Virus record (IMG/VR): IMGVR_UViG_2713896771_000020
Coordinates: 1-16,979 of that record
Source of the DNA: a virus
Lineage: Duplodnaviria > Heunggongvirae > Uroviricota > Caudoviricetes
Length of the DNA: 16,979 nucleotides
Direction: 5' to 3' (one strand)
Positions 1 to 8,140 of the stretch are shown piece after piece; the first letter of the stretch is position 1, and the number at the start of each line of letters is the position of its first letter. The position numbers were made by a program, and so were the translations under genes. The notes below the pieces were generated by a model. It was given only the letters and a program-made list of their open reading frames with translations. It had not been told where the DNA came from and searched no databases.

Positions 1-309
1 CTAGTACTCAGGAAGATTTTCTAAATTATCCTTAGATGTACCATTGGCTCTAGTTGTAATGTAATCAATGTTGTTAACACGGTCTTTAACCACTTTTTGA
101 CCCTTCTTCCACTTACCGTCATCACCTATGAAAATGGTGTAAAACGTATAACCACTATCGATCTTATTCACTACCCACTGCCGTGTTTCTGATACCCCTC
201 CCCCAACAGTATCCCCCTTATCAACATGCACATACACATGGGTAATGTGAGTGTGCTTGTCGTTATATCGGACTTTAGAAATAAGGTAATCAGCCCATTT
301 ATCAATCAT
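1..309 (-). CDS. Hypothetical cargo protein, possibly DUF3892-like; ATG at 307-309 preferred, alternative TTG start at 361-363
   Basis: Complete ORF with stop at 1-3. GGTGG Shine-Dalgarno-like sequence just upstream of the ATG at 309. Motifs HTHITHV ... SGYTFYT ... NLENLPEY recalled as resembling DUF3892, tentative. About 35% GC by eye, well below the neighbouring terL. Confidence 0.45.
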   Translation of the reverse strand: MIDKWADYLISKVRYNDKHTHITHVYVHVDKGDTVGGGVSETRQWVVNKIDSGYTFYTIFIGDDGKWKKGQKVVKDRVNNIDYITTRANGTSKDNLENLPEY

Positions 310-458
310 ATTCCACCATAAGTTTGAACAGGAAAAGTCCTGCAATACTCTTATAAACAACAAAGCAGCGGCTTCCTACCCCACGATGGTAATATAGTGA
401 TCTAGAGCAATTTATATTTCCGATAACATCGACACAACTCCACATTTACACTCTATTC

Positions 459-2120
459 TCAAATTCCATTAAATAAAGCCAACCGTTCTTTGTGGCTGTC
501 GCTCATATCGAATGCAAATTCCTCATGCTCTGCCTGGAATGTGCCAAACGCCATCAGCGCCGCAACGCTCGGGTCTATCTTGTTGGATGATTTTTTCTTG
601 TTCGGCTTGATATTGGCGTTTGCGTCACTCTGCATCACAACATTACTCATTGACCAGGCCAGCACCGGATCACCACTATGCACAATCACCTTCCGGTTAA
701 CAAAAACCTCGAACGATTTCGCCGCCGGACTGAAACGAAGGTATGTTTGCGGGAACGGCTCCACCTCAAATCCTGCCCCCTGTAGCTGCGTCCTCAGGTG
801 TGTGGCGTTCCATGTATCGAAGCCCACCAGCCTGATATTGAAATTCTCTGCATCCGCCATGATGTCATCACGGATACGGTCATAATCAATGCAGTCACCC
901 GGTGTTGTGCGTATCCAGCCCGCCTTTACCCACTGGCGATAGATGGCGCGGTTTTTATTGGCGGGGTTCTGTAGCTGAAATTCCGGCAGATAGTGACGGG
1001 AAACCAGCATAATCTTTTTACCGACCGGAAAGGCATAGCACACGCTGGAAATATCGCTGGTTGATGATAAGTCCAGCCCCGCGTAGCACTCCTGCCCGTA
1101 TAAATCCGCCTCCGCGAACGTTCCGGCGCACTCCGCCCATGCACCGTTACCCATCCACGGCGTAGCCCCCTGACACCAGATATTGAATCGCTTGGTGAGC
1201 ATTTCCACCCACTGCGACGGAATACCCCGCGCTTTCTGGATGGTTGATGCCAGTTTTTCACGATCGACGGAAACATCGATATTGGGATTCGCCTTTATCC
1301 ACATCGCCGGATCGTCAACCTCGCTTTCATCATCCAGCTCGTAAATCAGCACGAACATGGATTCGTTCACCTCTTCACCATCCAGTATCTGGCAGCAATA
1401 GTCGTAGTGTTGTTTACAGGCTGAAACAACGTTGCTCCCCGATGTGGTGATGGCAAATAACAGCCCCTCCGGACGCGCCCCCATTCCCAGCTCAAGCGCG
1501 GAATAAACCCCGTTGTCAGGATGCAGGTGATATTCATCCACAATGGCAAGACTCGGGTTTGTACCTTCAATGGTTGCCGCTTTTGCTGCCAGTGGCTTTA
1601 ACAGGCTGTTGGTTTTCGGGTGTATCACCTTGTGTGCCTGAATATTTACCCGCTTTCGCAACGGTCGGGATAAAAGGCACATCTGACGCGCATCATCAAA
1701 CACGATCCGCGCCTGATCACGACTCACGGCGGCGGTGTAAATATCCTGCTGCCCGTTTTCCATAACCAGAAACCAGTTAGCCAGGATAGCGGCGACCGTG
1801 GATTTGGCATTTTTTCGCGGCACTTCAATGAATGCGCTGGTGTATTTGCGCCGTCCGGTGGCCTTAACCTTAAAGCCCAGGATGCACGCAAAGGCGAACT
1901 GCTGCCACGGCTCCAGCTCAATGGGGCTACCGCGCATTGCGCCTTTTACGTGCGGACACACCCTGGAAAAGGCAATAAACCGCTCCACGACCTCCGGATC
2001 GAACGTGTAAAGGGGGTTTTCAAGGTCAGAAAAATACCGTTTAACGGCCTGTTTCAGTCGTTTACAGGCCGTAATTTTGCCGTTTTTTACGCCTTCTGCG
2101 TACTCATGCCAGGCGGTCAA
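459..2120 (-). CDS. terL: Terminase large subunit
   Basis: 553-aa ORF with an ATPase P-loop region (EVPRKNAKST) and overall terminase-like length and layout. TTG start at 2118-2120 preceded by GAGGA, overlapping the terS stop by 17 nt. Confidence 0.85.
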   Translation of the reverse strand: MTAWHEYAEGVKNGKITACKRLKQAVKRYFSDLENPLYTFDPEVVERFIAFSRVCPHVKGAMRGSPIELEPWQQFAFACILGFKVKATGRRKYTSAFIEVPRKNAKSTVAAILANWFLVMENGQQDIYTAAVSRDQARIVFDDARQMCLLSRPLRKRVNIQAHKVIHPKTNSLLKPLAAKAATIEGTNPSLAIVDEYHLHPDNGVYSALELGMGARPEGLLFAITTSGSNVVSACKQHYDYCCQILDGEEVNESMFVLIYELDDESEVDDPAMWIKANPNIDVSVDREKLASTIQKARGIPSQWVEMLTKRFNIWCQGATPWMGNGAWAECAGTFAEADLYGQECYAGLDLSSTSDISSVCYAFPVGKKIMLVSRHYLPEFQLQNPANKNRAIYRQWVKAGWIRTTPGDCIDYDRIRDDIMADAENFNIRLVGFDTWNATHLRTQLQGAGFEVEPFPQTYLRFSPAAKSFEVFVNRKVIVHSGDPVLAWSMSNVVMQSDANANIKPNKKKSSNKIDPSVAALMAFGTFQAEHEEFAFDMSDSHKERLALFNGI

Positions 2121-2460
2121 GCTCGTCCTCTTCCTCTGTTTCCGGTGGATTTCTGCGGCGACTTACCGGGTCAAAACCCAGCAAAGAAGCCATTTTGATC
2201 ATTATTCTTTCAGCGTCAGCCTTTGCGCTCAGGGCGGGGTTTCTGCTCTCGCTGCCCTGACTGTTAACAATGCTGAACCCGCGCGTGGCAAGGTCTTCGA
2301 CGGCTTTGCGGTATATGGAGTAGTTAACGCAATACAGCTCCAGATTGCTCCAGTCGGCGGGGGTAAGGTCTTCCCGTCCGGAAAGCTGGCGCGATTTTTC
2401 CTTCCACTGCCTGACCGCGATTTCATCCAGGTAAGCGGGGGCTTTTGGTGGTCTTGCCAT
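2104..2460 (-). CDS. terS: Terminase small subunit (P27-like family)
   Basis: Start at ATG 2458-2460 (MARPPKAPAYLDE...). Size and motifs (LELYCVNYSIYRKA ... NPAL ... FGFDPVSRRR) typical of P27-type small terminases. Sits immediately upstream of and overlapping terL. Confidence 0.8.
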   Translation of the reverse strand: MARPPKAPAYLDEIAVRQWKEKSRQLSGREDLTPADWSNLELYCVNYSIYRKAVEDLATRGFSIVNSQGSESRNPALSAKADAERIMIKMASLLGFDPVSRRRNPPETEEEDELDRLA

Positions 2461-2582
2461 GTTCTTTTTTCGCCCAATTATTTTCAAAAAAATTCCCGTG
2501 CACAAAAATTTGAGGAGGCGTTCGGTGCCCGGCGGGGTCGGGTTTGTCCTGAAAACGCCCCCCACCCCGCCATACAGCCTCA

Positions 2583-2765
2583 TCAGCGATTGCGGAAACA
2601 TTCCATAACCTCGCGGTCACGGTCGGTTAATCGCTTCGCTGTGATGCGTTCTGCGCGTCCTGACGCTTTATCTTTATGCCCTGTTTCCTGTGTCTTCCAT
2701 GCGTCACGCTGCCTTATAAGTCCACGGATAAGGCGGTTTTGTTCCCGCTCATTCATCAGCGTCAT
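2583..2765 (-). CDS. Questionable small basic ORF (60 aa) in the HNH-terS spacer
   Basis: ATG at 2763-2765 and in-frame ORF, but no convincing Shine-Dalgarno and it overlaps the HNH 3' end. It may be non-coding and part of a cos or regulatory region. Confidence 0.2.
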   Translation of the reverse strand: MTLMNEREQNRLIRGLIRQRDAWKTQETGHKDKASGRAERITAKRLTDRDREVMECFRNR

Positions 2766-3189
2766 ACATCCAGTTATTGCGGTTAGCGGCCCGTTCTTCA
2801 TCTTCACGAAATCCACCTGCGGCACGCTTGCTTTTTGTTGCCGGATCAAGCCATTTCGTTTTCTGGTTATGACACGCCTGACACAATGGCTGATGGTTCC
2901 ATTCGGGCCAGAAGAGAACATCATCGCCGCCATCGATGGGGATAATGTGATCCACCACCACGGCGGGCGTATATATCCCCTTCTCAAGGCATCGCACGCA
3001 TAACGGGTTTTTACTCAGATACATGGCGCGGTATTTGTCCCACTGTCTGGAGTACCCACGCGCGCGGCGGTGTCCTCGTCTGGCATCCTCTGCACGCCAT
3101 GCCGCCCGCCTGTGCTCCTCACACTTACCGGACTTAACGCGCCTGTTACAGCCTGGTTCTGTACATCGTCTTAATGGTTGCCACGGCAT
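2749..3189 (-). CDS. HNH endonuclease (terminase-associated)
   Basis: Cys pairs and HNH core: CNRRVKSGKC ... CVRC ... VDHIIP ... WNHQPLCQACHNQKT. Located directly upstream of terS, as in HK97-like cos packaging modules. Confidence 0.9.
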   Translation of the reverse strand: MPWQPLRRCTEPGCNRRVKSGKCEEHRRAAWRAEDARRGHRRARGYSRQWDKYRAMYLSKNPLCVRCLEKGIYTPAVVVDHIIPIDGGDDVLFWPEWNHQPLCQACHNQKTKWLDPATKSKRAAGGFREDEERAANRNNWMYDADE

Positions 3190-3482
3190 CAGTACACCCC
3201 CACATCACGGTAAGCCGTCCAGAGTGCGCCTATCGTCATGGGTACGCGCGTTTTTGCGTTATCCGCGACAATCTGGCGATTTTCATACAGGTGAGCGATA
3301 AACATCATGCAGCCAATCTTTATGGCTGGCGTGAACTCCAGCCCGTCATCAAAGCGCCTGCCTATGTGTATCTGGCACGCCTCAAGCGATGCGGCAATGT
3401 ATCCGCTGATTAACTGGTCTTCATCGTCGCCATCGATGCGGCAATGGAGTTTCACTTCTTCCAGGGTGATAAGTTCTGTCAT
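3189..3482 (-). CDS. Head-tail connector protein (gp6-like)
   Basis: 97-aa protein MTELITLEEVKLHCRIDGDDEDQLI..., matching the characteristic N-terminus of gp6-type connectors. ATGA start/stop overlap with the upstream gene. Confidence 0.7.
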   Translation of the reverse strand: MTELITLEEVKLHCRIDGDDEDQLISGYIAASLEACQIHIGRRFDDGLEFTPAIKIGCMMFIAHLYENRQIVADNAKTRVPMTIGALWTAYRDVGVY

Positions 3483-3817
3483 TTTTCCGCGCCCTCACGA
3501 CAAAGAATTTCAAGGCGTGTCCTGGCGGCATCTGGCAGCGGTTGCCCGATGATATTCAGTACACGCCCCGCCAGCGGCCCCGTATTGACCTTTATCCGAC
3601 TGGTGGCGTTGATGTCCTTCCGGTAGCGTATCCATATCCTTACAGTTCCAGTCGCCAGCTCTGCACCTGATGAAATGGCCTCCTTGCTGCTGATCATGTT
3701 CACGCTTGCCCAGAGTGTGTGACCGTCCAGCCACGTTTCGAGTATTTCACCCGTCATGGCTCTGGTCTGTTTCAGGGTCTGAATCGTTACCCTGTCACGC
3801 AGTCGCCCTATGTTCAT
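3479..3817 (-). CDS. Head closure / head-tail adaptor protein
   Basis: MNIGRLRDRVTIQ ... TLWASV ... IRYRKDI ... pattern of head-closure proteins. ATG at 3815-3817 overlaps the portal stop (ATGA coupling). An upstream in-frame ATG at 3857-3859 is less likely. Confidence 0.65.
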   Translation of the reverse strand: MNIGRLRDRVTIQTLKQTRAMTGEILETWLDGHTLWASVNMISSKEAISSGAELATGTVRIWIRYRKDINATSRIKVNTGPLAGRVLNIIGQPLPDAARTRLEILCREGAEK

Positions 3818-5025
3818 TCCGGTTTTTCTCCCTCGCTGATTTTTACTTCCTGTTTCCATGCCTGGCTGAACTCATCACCACCATCACGCGGTGACAGTCC
3901 TTCACGTTCGCGGGCTTCGTTCGGACACATAACGCCGGATTTGATGCCGCGCTCATAGGTGGCAAAGCGTTCGCCAGGTGTGGCCCGTAACAGGTCCGCG
4001 CTGTCAAACTCCACCTGATACCGGATACCAGGTACAGGCGAGGCCACCAGCAGGGCGTTTTTTATCTGCTGCTCAAAGTTCGCCAGCCACGGGCGCATCG
4101 TCATGGTGAGAAATGCGCGGCTTGCCTCGCTGAAATTGCTGTAGGTGCTGTTGCTGTATTCCTGCAAAAAAATCGGCGAGACGTTGAACATTCTGGCGAT
4201 GTCTTCAATGGTGAAGCGACGGGAGGCCAGCCATTCAGCATCCTGATTACTCATGCCCAGCTGCTGATAGCTCATACCCCCTTCAAGGATGGGCGTTTTT
4301 CCGGCGTTTCTGGCCCCTTTGTAGCGTTCCAGTGCGGCTAATGCCTGTTTGCCCTTCACGCCGTCCAGCCATTCGCCTGACGTGATAACCCCTGCCGCCA
4401 TCATGCCATCACGCATCACGCTCGCGCCGTGGCGTTGTTGGGCCAGCCCAAGCCCCAGCGATTCGCGGCAGATGGTTACAGGTGAGCGCCCCATAAAACC
4501 GTCATCCGTGGAGTAACGAAGGTGGAGAACCTCCCACGGTAAATAGTTGCGGGTGTTTCCGGTGTAAGCGTCAGTGATGCAGTAGCGCCAGTTGTGTTCT
4601 CCTGTCTGCTCCATGTTCACCGACTGCGGCGGGTAAGGATGCAAAGCCGCCGGAAAACCATCACGCCCCCACTGAATCACCGCGTAAGCATTACCGTTTA
4701 ACAGGCAGTGGCGGATCATCATTCGCTTAAACTGGTAGGGAGTCTGCCACGCGTTCGGGCGCTCGTTGAGGATGTGATCGACCGGATGAGAATCAAGCCA
4801 CTCGCGGGCCTCCTTCCCCTTCTCATTGCGTACCAGGTACAGGTAACACGGCATGGTAGCCACCGCCTCAGAGATGACCGTCACGGCGTTCATGACGGCG
4901 GGCAGTGATTCCGCTGTCCCCGATGATACGTACTCACCCGCCCCCGTGTTCGATGTGCCAGCCAGCGCCATAAACTCATCAAGCGTCATGCTGCGCTGCT
5001 CTTTTTTTCTTCTGAAAGGCCACAT
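3814..5025 (-). CDS. Portal protein (HK97 family)
   Basis: 403-aa ORF with size and composition of HK97-type portals. GGGGG Shine-Dalgarno 6 nt upstream of ATG 5023-5025. Flanked by protease and adaptor genes. Confidence 0.85.
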   Translation of the reverse strand: MWPFRRKKEQRSMTLDEFMALAGTSNTGAGEYVSSGTAESLPAVMNAVTVISEAVATMPCYLYLVRNEKGKEAREWLDSHPVDHILNERPNAWQTPYQFKRMMIRHCLLNGNAYAVIQWGRDGFPAALHPYPPQSVNMEQTGEHNWRYCITDAYTGNTRNYLPWEVLHLRYSTDDGFMGRSPVTICRESLGLGLAQQRHGASVMRDGMMAAGVITSGEWLDGVKGKQALAALERYKGARNAGKTPILEGGMSYQQLGMSNQDAEWLASRRFTIEDIARMFNVSPIFLQEYSNSTYSNFSEASRAFLTMTMRPWLANFEQQIKNALLVASPVPGIRYQVEFDSADLLRATPGERFATYERGIKSGVMCPNEAREREGLSPRDGGDEFSQAWKQEVKISEGEKPE

Positions 5026-5026
5026 A

Positions 5027-5599
5027 TCACACCCCCGCTAAATCCGCCCACCAGCGGCGATTATCCGCACGCGGCATTTTTTCGGGGTGCTGCTCGTACA
5101 GGGAGCGGCGGGCCAGCTCCACGCCGGAATCAGGGTAAGCCGGTACGGATGTGACGGTAATTTCGTACAGTTCCGCAACCAGCACGGTGCGCACGCATGG
5201 ATCTGTTGTGGTATCCCATACATCCTTACGGGAACGAAAGCCAAAGCTCATGCCGGATATATCACCACGCTTAACCAGTTCGATAACGTCGCGCCCTGTA
5301 CTGGTATCCGGTGGGGTCAGTTCAAAGCGTAACCCTGTTTCATCCTCTTCCAGTTTCAGCGTGCCGGAACGGGTGCGCCCCAGTAACATACTGTGGTCAT
5401 GCTCATACAGGCCGCGAACGTCATTACCCGCCGCAAGCCATTCAGTAAACGCCCCCCGCTGGAATTTTTCGTAAAACTCACCCCATAACAGTTCTGAAAG
5501 CTTATCCCAGCGAACAACGTAGCCTGTAAGCGTGTTGCTGCCGCTGGTGGTGATTTCCGATGACCGGATTTCCATACTCTTCATAATTTTTTCACCCAT
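5027..5599 (-). CDS. Prohead maturation protease (HK97 family)
   Basis: 190-aa ORF; motif LYEHDHSMLLGRTRSGTL typical of HK97-type prohead proteases. Start among ATGs at 5597, 5582 or 5573 is uncertain. Confidence 0.8.
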   Translation of the reverse strand: MGEKIMKSMEIRSSEITTSGSNTLTGYVVRWDKLSELLWGEFYEKFQRGAFTEWLAAGNDVRGLYEHDHSMLLGRTRSGTLKLEEDETGLRFELTPPDTSTGRDVIELVKRGDISGMSFGFRSRKDVWDTTTDPCVRTVLVAELYEITVTSVPAYPDSGVELARRSLYEQHPEKMPRADNRRWWADLAGV

Positions 5600-5608
5600 A
5601 AAACACTA

Positions 5609-5628
5609 AAGGGGCTTTTAAGCCCCTT
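5609..5628 (-). terminator. Hairpin immediately after the major capsid gene (partial terminator or attenuator)
   Basis: 8-bp stem AAGGGGCT/AGCCCCTT with a 4-nt loop, followed on the minus strand by GUGUUUUAUGG. Lies between the capsid stop (5639) and the protease start. Confidence 0.5.
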
Positions 5629-5638
5629 CTGTATGCTG

Positions 5639-6796
5639 TTAATCGTCGTCCTGTGGCAGTTCCAGAATCTTGATCGCGTTCGAATCCACCACGCCACCGC
5701 CTAAATATTTCTGCGTGAAAATTTTGATGAAGCCCGGCTCTGTGAGGTTGTCCGGTCTGGTGCGAACACCTGTTTCGTGATCAACAATGTAGTAACCGCG
5801 TTTGAAGTCACCCAGGGCAATAACGTTATCAGGCATAAACTCCAGATATTCGACCGGAAGGCCCAGCAACGTATCAGGATCACCCGCCTGTAAACGGTCG
5901 CGCCAGATATAATCACCGTTCGCGTTCTTCACCTTCTGGAGTTTTGCCGCCGTCGTGGAGTTAACCACCCAGACCGCGTTTTTGCGGTATTTTTTACGTA
6001 ATGCAAATTTCAGGTCGATCAGCGGGTCCGCAGATGTCCACGCCAGAGATTCGGAAGGTTTAATTACCTGTAACGTACCAAAATCACGCTCTTTGTCGTT
6101 CTTCTCTGCACGGGGTACGGATAAAAAGCCTTTTGCTTTTTTGTCACCATCGCCCACAACCAGATCGCTTTCTTCGGTTTCCGTGAAGGTGTCGCCAATC
6201 TCACCCGTCAGCCATGAAAGGATGTCCACATCGGAAAAATCCACGATTTCCTGTGTGGTGCGCGGGTACGCATAGACCGGATACAGCTTAATGCTCACCT
6301 CGTTAATCTGCGGGGTGCTGGTCTGTTCGCGTGCCTTACCCTCTTCACCGTGGTTAACGGTCGCACCGCCAGCGGAAACAAGCTGCTTAAACTCGTTGCT
6401 GCTGATTTTCTTCACGGTACAGATGCGGCGCATGGTGGATTCATCCGCCAGCATTCGCATGATTTCGGTGTTCAGTTCAGGGATAACGGTATAACCACCA
6501 TCAGCGGGAACGCCTGTACTTAATGCGCGGGTTTCACCTGTCAGAATGTAGTTGCGGAGTTCTGCGGGGTCAGTGGTCTGACTGCTTTTACCTGGCTTGC
6601 TGCGCTCTTCGTCTGCAATGGCTTCAAGGCGGGAAATGTCTTTATCGAGGGATTCAGCTTTAGCGCGTAATTCGTCAAATGTTGCGCCCTCAGCATCGTT
6701 AAGACTGCGGTTTTCTTTTTCCGCGTTCTCCAGCATGTCGCGCATCTGATTTTTAATGGCGGTTTTCTGCTGGCGTAATTCGATTATTCTCGGCAT
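5639..6796 (-). CDS. Major capsid protein, HK97 fold, with N-terminal scaffold-like (delta) domain
   Basis: 385-aa ORF. N-terminal ~100 aa is charged and coiled-coil-like (ELRQQKTAIKNQMRDMLENAEKENRSL...), followed by a capsid-like body. Adjacent prohead protease. Confidence 0.88.
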   Translation of the reverse strand: MPRIIELRQQKTAIKNQMRDMLENAEKENRSLNDAEGATFDELRAKAESLDKDISRLEAIADEERSKPGKSSQTTDPAELRNYILTGETRALSTGVPADGGYTVIPELNTEIMRMLADESTMRRICTVKKISSNEFKQLVSAGGATVNHGEEGKAREQTSTPQINEVSIKLYPVYAYPRTTQEIVDFSDVDILSWLTGEIGDTFTETEESDLVVGDGDKKAKGFLSVPRAEKNDKERDFGTLQVIKPSESLAWTSADPLIDLKFALRKKYRKNAVWVVNSTTAAKLQKVKNANGDYIWRDRLQAGDPDTLLGLPVEYLEFMPDNVIALGDFKRGYYIVDHETGVRTRPDNLTEPGFIKIFTQKYLGGGVVDSNAIKILELPQDDD

Positions 6797-7050
6797 AAAA
6801 AAAGTCCTGGGGTTAAGTAAGGAACTCCAGGACGCGGCAAAAACTCAACCGTTTTTCATAAGGAAATCAGCAATCGCACCGATCGTTTTCCCGCCTGGTA
6901 ATGAATATTGGCGAGAACATTAACAGGCGGAAAAGTGGCCCCAGCGTCCTGGCACCACGGGCGAGAATAATCATGATTCAGTTCGGGTAAAATATGCCGA
7001 TCCTGTCAGTGAACAACGTGGAACAACCGCGAACAAATAATTTACAAAAA
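6797..7050 (-). promoter_or_regulatory. Leader and promoter region of the capsid/packaging operon
   Basis: 254-bp non-coding gap. Three 10-bp-phased TTGTTC repeats (7011-7036) lie upstream of a candidate -10 TATTTT (~6989-6994). Hairpin 6804-6833 followed by T7 abuts the capsid ATG. Confidence 0.5.
7011..7036 (-). repeat. Three direct repeats GAACAA (TTGTTC on the minus strand) at exact 10-bp spacing
   Basis: Plus strand reads GAACAAcgtgGAACAAccgcGAACAA at 7011-7016, 7021-7026 and 7031-7036. Confidence 0.9.
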
Positions 7051-7055
7051 ATGAC

Positions 7056-7083
7056 AAAAAGCCGGATTGCTCCGGCTGTATGC
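7056..7083 (-). terminator. Rho-independent terminator
   Basis: Stem GCCGGA/TCCGGC (7061-7066 and 7071-7076) with loop TTGC, followed on the minus strand by TTTTTGTCATTTTTT. Near-identical copy at 7408-7434. Confidence 0.75.
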
Positions 7084-7087
7084 GTGC

Positions 7088-7312
7088 TCAGTCCCTGATC
7101 CCTTTCAGAAATTCTATCAATGCATCTATCTGTTCAGGATTTACCGCCAGCATTTCACCGGACAGAGCACATCTCACAAAACCATGCTGATCCTTTTCAA
7201 TCAGTGCGCCCGTCTCCAGGAATGCGCGGTAATCATTGATGCTCATCGTCTCCATGTTGTCAGCATGGTATTTATCACGCTGTTTTAATATCTCATCAAA
7301 TTTCATCGGCAT
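7088..7312 (-). CDS. Hypothetical 74-aa protein in a moron-like cassette
   Basis: ATG at 7310-7312 with AGAGGA Shine-Dalgarno 8 nt upstream (MPMKFDEILKQRDKYH...). Bracketed by two near-identical intrinsic terminators. Confidence 0.55.
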   Translation of the reverse strand: MPMKFDEILKQRDKYHADNMETMSINDYRAFLETGALIEKDQHGFVRCALSGEMLAVNPEQIDALIEFLKGIRD

Positions 7313-7407
7313 TGTTTTTTCCTCTGTTGTGTCTGTTTGTTTCAGATAGTAACTATGCCTGACCGTGACGAAAACCCGGTAATGCGCCATACCGTTTCAA
7401 CTGGTGC

Positions 7408-7434
7408 AAAAAAAGCCGGATTTCTCCGGCTGTG
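7408..7434 (-). terminator. Rho-independent terminator (second copy of the same element)
   Basis: Stem GCCGGA/TCCGGC (7415-7420 and 7425-7430) with loop TTTC, followed on the minus strand by T7. Immediately after the stop of the 7438-7710 gene. Confidence 0.8.
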
Positions 7435-7437
7435 TGA

Positions 7438-7710
7438 TTAGCTGTCCTGGTAATTTCGCCATATTTCATCACCAGCACCATCCATACCCATTTCGGCATA
7501 AGTGCGATCGACCGCCTTTTTCAGGTCTCCGTAATTATCCGGCGGCTCCGGTGGCCTCTGTGCCTTCCTGGAACATTCCAGCCGTCGCATCGTAACCTGA
7601 TGCCGTTCCTTGTCTGTCTCCACCAGCAGCATGACTTCACCCCATCGCGCCGACGCCCTCCGGTAAAAGCCTTTTGCCTCGAGTTCCTCCGCTATGCGGT
7701 CATGTACCAT
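7438..7710 (-). CDS. Hypothetical 90-aa protein
   Basis: ATG at 7708-7710 with GAGGGGG Shine-Dalgarno, just downstream of the ssb stop. The longer ORF-track start overlaps ssb out of frame and is rejected. Confidence 0.5.
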   Translation of the reverse strand: MVHDRIAEELEAKGFYRRASARWGEVMLLVETDKERHQVTMRRLECSRKAQRPPEPPDNYGDLKKAVDRTYAEMGMDGAGDEIWRNYQDS

Positions 7711-7720
7711 CGTCACCCCC

Positions 7721-8131
7721 TCAGAACGGAATATCATCACCGTAGGGGTCATCGTCTCCCGCTGGTGGCTGATTACCCTGTGTGCCTGTGGTTTTGCGTC
7801 TGTTCCCGCCAGGACGTGCCGCACGGGCACTGATTACGCTGTCTGCAATAACCTGATACCCCTGCCGTGTTTCCCCGTTCTGTCCGGTCCACTGGCTTAC
7901 CTGCATCGTGCCGGATACGCTGGCAACATCGCCTTTTTGATGTTTAGCCAGGAAATCGGCCTGTTTGCCAAATGCGATAACCGATAACCATAACGTCGCC
8001 TGTCCGTCATGTGCCTGGCTGCATGGCAACGATACCGCCATACGCGCCAGAGTCATCGGTGTGCCCTTGCTGCTCTGTTTTACCAGCGGGTCGTCCACCA
8101 GGCGCCCGTAAGCTGCAATTTGTGCTGTCAT
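7721..8131 (-). CDS. ssb: Single-stranded DNA-binding protein with acidic C-terminal tip
   Basis: 136-aa ORF with SSB-like core (TLWLSVIAFGKQADFLAKHQKGDVASVSGTMQVSQW), Gly-rich linker and C-terminal DDDPYGDDIPF, the conserved SSB tail. GAGGTGG Shine-Dalgarno. Confidence 0.8.
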   Translation of the reverse strand: MTAQIAAYGRLVDDPLVKQSSKGTPMTLARMAVSLPCSQAHDGQATLWLSVIAFGKQADFLAKHQKGDVASVSGTMQVSQWTGQNGETRQGYQVIADSVISARAARPGGNRRKTTGTQGNQPPAGDDDPYGDDIPF

Positions 8132-8140
8132 ATTGCCACC

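Noticed and set aside
2077-3003. 308-aa plus-strand ORF
   Set aside because: Lies antisense to terS, the HNH gene and their spacer. The minus-strand genes have recognisable family motifs and coupled starts, and this one has none.
7438-7830. 130-aa version of the gene downstream of ssb
   Set aside because: Its first 40 codons overlap ssb in another frame. The ATG at 7708-7710 with a strong Shine-Dalgarno directly after the ssb stop is the credible start.
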